Source of the DNA: Octopus vulgaris
Taxonomy: Eukaryota
Reading direction: 5' to 3'
Length of the DNA: 64,000 bases
Assembly (NCBI GenBank): GCA_951406725.2
Contig: OX597827.1
Location: 84,258,001 to 84,322,000 of the forward strand
The position numbers were made by a program, and so were the translations under genes. How positions within the stretch are numbered: position 1 is the first letter of the stretch; every line of letters starts with the position of its first letter. This document shows, piece after piece, positions 54,165 to 64,000 of this stretch. Under the pieces are notes generated by a model that was not told the origin of the DNA, did no database searches, and saw only the letters and a list, made by a program, of their open reading frames with translations.

Positions 54165-54230
<66 letters not shown>

Positions 54231-54396
54231 TACAGTATGAGAACTGACGAAATCTTGTAAAACATTCGTACACACACAAAATGTGTGTGTGTGTGTGTGT
54301 GACTATATACCTTCTCGCGGGGTTTCTCTGTTGTGAATATTCTGGTTTATTTTTAATAAAACCTCATGAATTGTGATGAGGCAATATCAACTGGCG

Positions 54397-54438
<42 letters not shown>

Positions 54439-54519
54439 GTGATGGCAATGTTCTACTATCTACGCTGCACAGCCGGACCTTTAAGCACCATCAAATAGTG
54501 TAAAGGGGAGTTTTATGCT

Positions 54520-55545
54520 TCACAATTCACCAATTACACAGAAAAGAAAAGTTAATAACAATTTAGAGATTTCAAAAATGTCAGGGAGAAAATAAACCAC
54601 TACAAATCAAATACTGGTTTGTTGTAGTATTTTTCCTGACAAGGAAAAAAAAGTTCTTGGGAGCCAGGATTAACCACAAGCTTGCTTTTAATCCACAAAC
54701 TGTGTACAGGGTGGGTAGTTAAGGGTGAATGAAAGCCTCCTCTTCATAAAGCAAGCACTTTTCAGGAATATCTTAATTTGGCTATAAGATTTGGAAATAA
54801 GGCAAGTCCATCATAACTAGACGCCATCAAGAAAGGCTACTGTAACAATATCACCAATAAAACAGCTATAATTGACTCTAATATTCTCATGAAAGCTGTG
54901 GAAAACTTGCACTATGGGAATGCAACAAGAAGATACCGATTAATTCAAAATGTTGATGCTCTACAGAAGGTTACTGATTTAAACAGAGTTGGAAAAGCTA
55001 CGGAAAACCTAACTGGCTAACCATATTGGCCTGCTGTAGCATGGACAAGTTTTGTAGTTAAGAGTGAAAACATCAACTTGGTTACAAGATATTCGCTCAT
55101 TGCTTGCCAAAACATTTTGTAAATATTTTACAGAAAAATATCTACCAATTCCTCCAAGACTATCTTAAGAATCTGGTGACTGATAACAGGTAGGAGAAGA
55201 CATTGTGGAGATTTATCGAACAACATTTGGTAAATAAAGCTGCTGGGAGTAAGAAAACTCTGCAGAAATCTTGTGACTTTATGATATGATTACAGAAAGG
55301 TATTCTATTCGAAGCTCATGGTTGCTGGTGTAGCTGTATTTGATAAAGTACCTACTGACTGTACTTAATAAAGAATCTCCTGATTTTGTTATTGCCATTG
55401 AAAAATCTCACCTCGGCATCAATGTCCATATTTGAAAGCATAACGACTGCCTCCAAAGTTATAATTATTTGAAAGGGAATATTCCAAGGTGACAGTCTGT
55501 CTCTGCTTCTGTTTATTTTGGTCAGGAATCCACTGTTATTTAAAA
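54520..55545 (+). mobile_element. Decayed R4/Dong-clade reverse transcriptase
   Basis: Ordered RT motifs RYSLIACQNIL (YRPIAC-like), EQHLVNKA, DYRKVFYS (DYxKAFDS-like) and GIFQGDSLSLLLFILVRNPL. Confidence 0.8.
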
Positions 55546-55669
55546 AAAATGAAATTCCAGTTTTTGTCTTGGGGGTCTACAATAGCAAGAGGTAGTAATG
55601 TAACCCATAATGGAAGGTGTACAATGGAAAGTGTGTTTGGGTGCAAATGCATGCGAATATGTATATTTT

Positions 55670-55703
<34 letters not shown>

Positions 55704-56555
55704 ATGCGTATGCATGTATGTTTTACGTATATGTTTGTGTATATTTATATATTTAAATGTGTGTTTCTTTTGTGAGTTCTTCCTACAAGGAGGGAACCTG
55801 TTTCTAACAAAGAAACAAAAGCCTGTCGTGAGATTTTGTGTGAGTGTGCGTGTGTGAATGATTGTGTGTGTATGGTTGTGTTTGTGTGCGTAAGATTGTA
55901 TGAGTGTGTTTGTATGTGTGTGTGTGTGTGTGTTTGCATGAATGCATACCATTATATGTTTGCATGTTTGGATTTATGCATATGTGCGCGTTTGCACGTT
56001 GGCATGTTAATACGTGTATAGTCATACTATTTATGGGTTTCGTATCGGAAGCATGAGCTGGTAGTGAAGTTCGCCTGGTCAGTATGATGTCTCGAGGTGT
56101 GTTTGGCAGATGTCCTCGACCCAATCCTTGTGAGGGAAACTATGAGGAAGCCTATTGGATGGACTGTAATATTTAATCCAATGGTCCAACTTCGTCACAC
56201 TGACTGCGGAATATTCTGCCACTTTCCCGTCGAGACAATGATGAACTAATTCAGAATCCGTCATTGGTCGTCTACAAAGGCAATGAGATATTTCAGGATA
56301 TTAAAAATGCGATAAACACATTTAATATCAAATATGACGACAAACAGAAAAACTCACATAGATTGTTTATGTGAGCAATCCGGGTATCACTGATCCACCC
56401 ATGTTGTTTAAGCATGTGATCTGGCTATTTTACAATTCTTCATTGCAAGAAATCTGGACACATTGTCAAATCATGTCAAGAATGGCTCCATTTTTCATCC
56501 ATCTTGGGTTGCTAAAATAAAGTACCAGTTAACTATTAGGAACCATTTAGTTCGA

Positions 56556-56587
<32 letters not shown>

Positions 56588-56943
56588 CCTCTCTCTCTCC
56601 CTCTCTTCAAGTATTTCTAGTCTTGCTCCAGTGTTTGGAACTAATATTACGTTAGTGAGAAGGATCTTCGTAACGACGTACAAGGGTTGGGACAGCTGTC
56701 CTTTGTATAAAAGCTTTACCCCCCCACTCGCACATTCATGCACACGTATATGTATACACGCATATACATATATTCCCTGATCAAACATGTATTCTCACCA
56801 CCCTAAGGGACACATATGCTGGATATCGGTCTGAGAAGACATTAAAACATCTCCGAGTGTTCTGTGTTAACAAGAAGCTTTTTATAAAACCCGTGAGACC
56901 TCGGTGTGTATTACAGTGAGGGAAAGAGAGAGAGAGAGGGAGA

Positions 56944-57000
<57 letters not shown>

Positions 57001-57197
57001 GGGTCAGTAAAAATAGGTTTATATTTTTGTCTTATCCATAATGCCCGGTCACCTCACACCCAACTTCTCACCACAGTTAATACAGTAAATCTTACATTCT
57101 TCTTACAAGAGACACAGTTAAACTCTCTCGTCGTTTATATCCAATTATTTTTGACTCTCTTTCATATAGACGTTTGTGTATATTCGTATTTACGCAA

Positions 57198-57267
<70 letters not shown>

Positions 57268-57764
57268 TCCCATGCTTGCGTTGATGTTGCATATCCCTCT
57301 ATCTAACCATCTTACCCGACACACACGTGCGTACGTTTATATGTACATACACACAGTTACACGCATACAATCATACAGAAATAGGCATACGCGCACACAC
57401 ACACACACACATAGACACACAACCACATCCATAACCCTATAATTCTCCCCCTCCCCTTTCCCAAACCTCGTCTACCCTTACAATTAAGACAGTTTCTTGT
57501 GCCTCAATAAATTTTTTAACGCTAAGTTATGCCGCCATCTTAGGCCGTAACAATGTTTTATAGCCTCGTTATCGCCTGCTATTATACTCTGGACGTGTTT
57601 CTCGTACGTAAATCTCGTTAATAAGCAGTGAGACGCTATTTTTCTCATCATACAACACACCAACACACACTCATACACATGTCTTTCTGGAACCTCTATA
57701 TCTCCACCCTCACCTTAGTTACCTCCCCACTCTGTGTATGTGTGTACTTTTGTGTCTGTGTGCG

Positions 57765-57807
<43 letters not shown>

Positions 57808-58363
57808 TTGCGTATGAGTATGAGTAGACCTACGTCTGTGCCTGTACATACATGTGTGTGTATGTCTATATGTGTGTACGTGTATGTGTATGTATCTGCC
57901 TGATGTCTGTGGTTGTGTATGCGTTCTTTTTTCTGCGTGAATCTTTCTATGTGTCTGTGTATAGAAGAGTCTGTATGTGTTTGCTTGCGTGCTTAAATGT
58001 GTTTTTCACCAACTGATATGTCTGTGATTACATGCCTTGGTGTGTATGTGTGAGTATGTGTGTGTGCATTCGCGCGTGTGTAACAAAGTGTGTACAATTA
58101 TGTGTCTATTTGTACATGTAGATTAGTGTATGTGCGGTTGTGTATTCGTGTATGTATGGCAATATATGAACAGAAGGCTTATACATGTGTAAGGTGTCAG
58201 TTGGGTGCATGTGTTGCCACATGAACCTACATCTGTATTTGTGGAAGTGTGTATATTATCCATGCATTTAACTTGTGTAAACATGTATATCGATGTGTGG
58301 AGGCATATTTCTAAGCGTACTTAAATATTTGATTTGAACATAGGAGTGGATGTCGACACCAAT

Positions 58364-58460
<97 letters not shown>

Positions 58461-59335
58461 GTATGCATGTATGTATGTATGTATTTATATAGTGGTTGTT
58501 TAATTACGAAGTTCTCTTCAGAATCACGTAGTTTGGCGTTCAGTCCCACAGCCTGGGCCCCATGGGCAAGTGTCTTTAACCGTTGACCTCGGTTAATCTG
58601 AGATTTGTCAGAGAATTTGGTCAACAGGAGAAACTTGCGACACACACACACACGCACACGTTATATAGACTATGTCGTCGTGTAATCTGTGTGCGTAGAT
58701 GTCCATACACTTTAAACATTTTCAAAGTCAAAGGTATGTATAATGCGGTATATATATATATATATATATATAAGTAATATTATTTGCATATTCTATGTTT
58801 GTATATGTGTAGATCAAGCAATAGATGTTAGAAGTGTCCAACGAATGAAGCTGCTCGTGAGAGCTACCTGGATGAAGCAGCAATAGTCAAGATAATGTTG
58901 ACATATTTAAGGGCGGGAATCTTAAAAAAATTAACAAAACGTGGCAGGAAAAACATTTCTATTCATTAACAAACTGTCAGTAGCACTGAGAAAATTGAAT
59001 GAGATCGAAACATTTGCAGAGTTGTCCCCCCTACTTTTTCAAACACTAAAAAAAAAGCTCGTAAGATTAACCTACAAGCTTGCATATCTCTCTTACTGCC
59101 ATATATTGCTTTTAACACACACACACACACACATGCGCGCGCGGGCACGTATGAAACAGAGAGAGAGGGAGAGAGAGAGAGTGAGAGAGAGAGAGTGAGA
59201 GAGAGAGAGAGAGGGAGAGAGTGAGAGAGAGAGTGAGAGAGAGAGAGAATTAAAACTGAGACTAAAAATATATGTATACAGTTATATCAATACTGGTGAG
59301 GAACTCTCTCTCTCTCTCTTTCCTTCTCTCGCTGT

Positions 59336-59390
<55 letters not shown>

Positions 59391-59393
<3 letters not shown>

Positions 59394-59773
59394 CTCTTTT
59401 CTCTTTTACTCTTTTACTTGTTTCAGTCATTTGACTGCGGCCATGCTGGAGCATCGCCTTTAGTCGATCAAATCGACCCCGGGACTTATTCTTTGTAAGC
59501 CCAGTACTTATTCTATCGGTCTCTTTTGCCAGCATCGGTTGTCAAGCAATGCTAGGGGGACAAACACAGACACACAATCCCCCCCCCCACATATATATAT
59601 AACATATATACGACAGGCTTCATTCAGTTTCCGTCTACCAAATCCACTCACAAGGCATTAGTCGGCTCGGGGCTATAGCAGAAGACACTTGCCCAAGATG
59701 CCACGCAGTGGGACTGAACCCTGAACCATGCGGTTGGTTAGCAAGCTACTTACCACACAGCCACTCCTGCGCC
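59391..59773 (-). mobile_element. Full-length, well-preserved SINE family A
   Basis: Minus strand ggcgcaggagtggctgtgtggtaagtagc ... ggttcagtccc ... gatgctccagcatggccgcagtcaaatgactgaaacaag plus a (taaaagag)n tail. Further decayed copies lie at about 6040-6220, 17420-17570, 18695-18785, 53125-53460 and 58490-58640. Confidence 0.92.
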
Positions 59774-59978
59774 TATATATTGTTTATGTAGTTGCTATTG
59801 GAGTTGTTATTACTGTTCTTTTTGTATTTGTATTTGTAGTAGTAGTAGTAGTTCACCACCCCTACCCATCACCTTGTTTATCATTCACCACAAACCACAA
59901 TTGACAACCATAACCGTCATCACCACTACCGTCATCACCACCCTTTCCTCCTCCTCCTCCTCCTCCTCCTCCTCCTCC

Positions 59979-60022
<44 letters not shown>

Positions 60023-61340
60023 GTCGTCATCGTCAGCGTCAGGCGCTGGAGCAGCAAGCTTGTCATTAACCAATCAGTGAAACAATCCACTTCACGGTTC
60101 ACTTCCGTTGTCCCAGATGTCAGCAGTAAATGTGAGAGGTCAGAGGTCAGCAGTAAATGTCACATTCAATCTAACTCAGTTTCAGTCTTAGGTTAGGCTG
60201 GGCCGTTGCCAAGATACACCAATTAGGTCAATCTTATCGATCTGTGACATCCCATCCCCCTCACGCACACGTAACATTCTACTTTCCCTCATCTCTCTCT
60301 CTCTCTCTCTCTCTCCCTCTCTCCCCACACACCTACATTTACATATTTCTGTCTGTGTATGTAAATGTGAACGTATTCTTTGCGCTCGCAAATATTCTTA
60401 AAGTTAGAAAACTTGAAGATAATCATTCTAGAGTTTGGGTAGGATTGAAAACGAACAGAATATGTGTGTGTGTGTGTGTGTGAAGGTGTGTGTATGAGGG
60501 TGTGTTGGCGTGTGCGTGAATATGTGTGCGCATGTTTATATGTGTTTGTGTGCGTGTGCGTGCGTGTGTGTGTGAATGCTCAACCTGAAATTGTTGTTAC
60601 AACCCTGCTTCCTTCCTTTATTTGTAGAGATGTCTTCATCCGTAACTTTAACCTGAATTGTCACTCTCTACCTAATAGGACGACTTGTGCCAAGAGACGG
60701 CCGTTTTCAACATTGACAAATTCTTCACCCAACTAATCGATAAACCCTTCACAAACTCAACCAATCGATAAATCCTTTACAGATTCAGCTAGTGACACCC
60801 TCCCCTTCCCGCTTTCTCTCCATTTCTCTCCTTCCCTGACTTTACAACCTCATCTTTCCCCTTACCATCTCCTGTTCAATTGGAGAACGCCCTGACAGAG
60901 ACCTTCAATTTCATACTTGCATCGCCAAAGCGCTGCTTAGGTTATAATTTAAGGTTTACGGATGATATTAACCTCACAGTAGTCTGGGAAAAGATAAACT
61001 GAGGAGAAACTACATTGGAAATGACAGTAGGGGGCTCCAGGAAAAAAAAAAGGGGTTCAATCAGAGTAGAACAACAAACTCTTAAAGACACTGAGGGCTA
61101 ATCTCTCTTTCCGCTTCTATACTTCTGTTTCTAATCAAACAGTGAGACAGAGCGTTCAATACGGAGTAAACACTGCCCCCAGATATTCATGTCGTACTGT
61201 TGAGAGACAGAAGAAAAAAAAATGAAGCCCCTTCATTTTGTGTGCAGGAATTAAATCTATACGCTGTCGATGTAAGGACCTGCGGGAGATAAATGTCATT
61301 GGCAACTTCTTTTAAAGATTATCAATTCTGTCTCACATTG

Positions 61341-61371
<31 letters not shown>

Positions 61372-61549
61372 TTGAGAGAGTGTGTGTATGTATGCATGTA
61401 TGTATATATGTGCCAAGAAATTTATAAATCCTAGCATGCATAAAGCTATAAATAATTGCATGTAAACATTAAGTTGCGTACATACATATGCATAAGTAAG
61501 CACAAGGTGGGGAAAGTAGTACTCGAATACCAAAGGTAGAGTAATATAC

Positions 61550-61774
61550 TATTAAAGCCGAAAAAAAACCCCTGTTAGTCACAGTTTCACGTGAGCGCTA
61601 ATAAGACAGTTGTGATAATACAGAATAATTAAATAATGTAACTTTACATAATAGAATGTAGTCTTTGGATTCTATATACTCGCACAATTTAATCATCGGG
61701 TATTACCACAAGTGTCTGCTGAACACTGACATGAAACTATGAGTAACAGATATGTGATGTTTTCGCCTTTAATA
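61550..61774. repeat. Inverted pair of decayed hammerhead-bearing repeats
   Basis: Arms 61550-61634 and 61687-61774. The right arm reads tgt-ctgctga-...-gaaactatgagta-aca; the left arm is its more decayed inverse. Confidence 0.65.
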
Positions 61775-61813
61775 AAAAGATATGTGTATGTGTATGTATA
61801 TATATATATATAT

Positions 61814-62156
61814 AAATCAAAATAAGCAACAGAATATCAAGTACTAATGCAGTACGACCGTTTTAAGCGGCTCCATTGAATTGAACAATGCAATCGTTAC
61901 ATCAATTAAAATTCAAATTCAAATAAATAAATGGAATTTTAACAAGTAGGTCACATTAATATAATTTTTCTGTTACAATATTCAAGAAAAATTATATTAA
62001 TGTGACCTACTTGTTAAAATTCCATATATTTATTTCTGCACCTGAAGATAGCATTGTATTTAAATTGATGTAATGATTGTATTGTTCAATTAAATGGCGC
62101 CACTTGAAACGGTCGTACTGCATTACTAATTGATATCTTGTTGCTTATTTTGATTT
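61814..62156. repeat. ~340-bp palindrome; right arm carries a near-intact hammerhead motif (62037-62122)
   Basis: A perfect 41-bp inner stem (61931-61971 / 61985-62025) with a 13-nt loop; the outer arms pair with mismatches. Confidence 0.9.
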
Positions 62157-62203
62157 TATTCACCTTACCTCGAGCTGTGCGGCTAATACCGGACTAACTT
62201 GGT

Positions 62204-62239
<36 letters not shown>

Positions 62240-62247
62240 GCACGCAT

Positions 62248-62307
<60 letters not shown>

Positions 62308-62400
62308 GAATTAGTCATAGGAATCGTTAGAATCCAAAAAATTTAATATTCAGGGCATCAGGAAAGTTCGAGTCCTACACAAACGTAGACGTATCATACA

Positions 62401-62486
<86 letters not shown>

Positions 62487-62812
62487 CATACATTTATATA
62501 GGCGCATATATACGAATTCACACGCGCGCAAACACACACTCACATATATTATATATGTGGATGTGTATATATATATATGTATACACTTTAAGTTCATTTA
62601 CGAGAGACGTTTGAATGTCCATCTAAAAGCCTCGGTTGTATTATTATGGCCGGCTACAGTCTAATGATGCCAACTGGTGACAACTAGTATTTGCGGGGGT
62701 TGCACCGAGCTGTGCCGATATATAATGGAGGAGGAGTATAGCAATAACAATGATAATCCTTGGATGGAATTTAGAAATATTTTAAATTTCATCCACGGAT
62801 TATCATTGTTAT

Positions 62813-62873
<61 letters not shown>

Positions 62874-62879
62874 CGGTGA

Positions 62880-63480
62880 ATAAATTGTTATTTAAATTAC
62901 GCATTTTGATAGATATATTTCCCCAAATTACATAAAAATATCTTGAAATACTAAAGAGTAAATTTATCCAATAAAATCGCCATTGGCTTCAACCACGGCC
63001 ACCAGACAAGTTCGGAATCTCCTGCAACTCTTCTGGACAGTCTCCTTGTTTAAGTTGGTGAATGCGCCCCACACATAATAATCAGGAGGATTACAGTCTG
63101 GGGAGTTAGGTGTGATGTGATTGTAGAAATTGTCTGACAGCCATGACTGGGTTCTCTTGTTTGTGTGGCATGGTGCTAGACGTAGGATCTTCCAGCAGAC
63201 ACCCACTTAACCCAGGGTAGCACTACCTCCTCCAGGTACTTGATGTAGGTCTCCGTGTGGGAAGATGGAGGCATAACGTCACCATCGCATTTGATCACTC
63301 GAAACACCATGATGTTGACTGGATGTTTGATTATTATCACTCTCGGTACATGTTCTCAGATTGCACTGTCCTCAGACTGACCCCCAAACACTCTCAAATG
63401 TTCGCATTGGAGGCTCTGGCGCGTATGCCAAGCAGTACAGCACGTCGTTCCAAATTTCTGGCAGAGTGGATTGCGTCTTT
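62880..63480 (-). mobile_element. maT (DD37D)-type transposase remnant
   Basis: PVNIMVF...DGDVMPP...YIKYLEEVVLPWVK...APCHTNKRTQSWLSDNF...PNSPDCNPPDYYVWG...CRRFRTCLVAVVEANGDFI. Confidence 0.88.
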
Positions 63481-63491
63481 GTGTTCTTTTT

Positions 63492-63530
<39 letters not shown>

Positions 63531-63662
63531 ACACACGCACACACACACACACACACACATAGTTAATCCAAACATGAAAACACAAAGAGAAAACACGACA
63601 ACGCGAGGACGTGGAACAAATATAATAATATTATTGGACGCTCAGGAAGGAAGGGAAGGAAG

Positions 63663-63697
63663 GTTTAACGTTTCGAGCGGAGCTCTTCGTCAGAAAC
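63663..63697 (-). ncRNA. Minimal type I hammerhead ribozyme within a pseudo-LTR-like block (about 63560-63838)
   Basis: Minus strand GUUU-CUGACGA-A-GAGC(UCC)GCUC-GAAACGU-U|AAAC. Helix I is 4 bp, helix II is 4 bp, there is an extra A after A9, and helix III is the loopless palindrome ACGU. Confidence 0.75.
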
Positions 63698-63926
63698 ACA
63701 GGAAAAGGAAAGATCCAGAGAAGGGAAGACGGAGGAAAAAAAATCGCCAACGGTACACACGCGGTCACATTTTGAATGACCGGAAGGGAATGGGTGAAGA
63801 AAAGTTCTTTCGAAGACAGAAGAGTGCAAGAGGAAGTATGTGTGTGTAAGTGTGGATATGTGCGTGCGCGCAGGTCTGCGTGTGCGTGTGTGTGTGTATG
63901 TGTGTATGTGTGCAATGATAACACGC

Positions 63927-63961
<35 letters not shown>

Positions 63962-64000
63962 CGTGTGTATGTGTGTGTAAGCGTATGTGGGTGTATATAC

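Overview
Repeat-dense, AT-rich eukaryotic DNA that is intergenic or intronic; I cannot support any intact host protein-coding exon. The extreme microsatellite load and the tRNA-derived SINE families suggest a coleoid cephalopod, most likely Octopus (inference, not verified). Almost all ORFs in the supplied track are microsatellite read-throughs. Retroelements: two CR1-type LINE fragments, decayed RTE, R4/Dong and Penelope-like remnants, at least three SINE families and two copies of a ~550-bp (AAT)n-embedded element. DNA elements: mariner and maT (DD37D) transposase remnants, a piggyBac remnant, non-autonomous Helitrons and several MITEs. The most notable signals are (1) two hammerhead ribozyme motifs with intact cores (26555-26615 and 63663-63697, both minus strand), plus a near-intact one inside a 340-bp palindrome and several decayed ones; (2) a SINE/LINE shared 3' tail with a covarying stem-loop; (3) a GGGATC-terminated TIR family with 6-bp target duplications; (4) three dense transcription-factor motif clusters, one beside a possible decayed signal-peptide ORF. 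I found no wholly new biological system that the sequence alone can prove.
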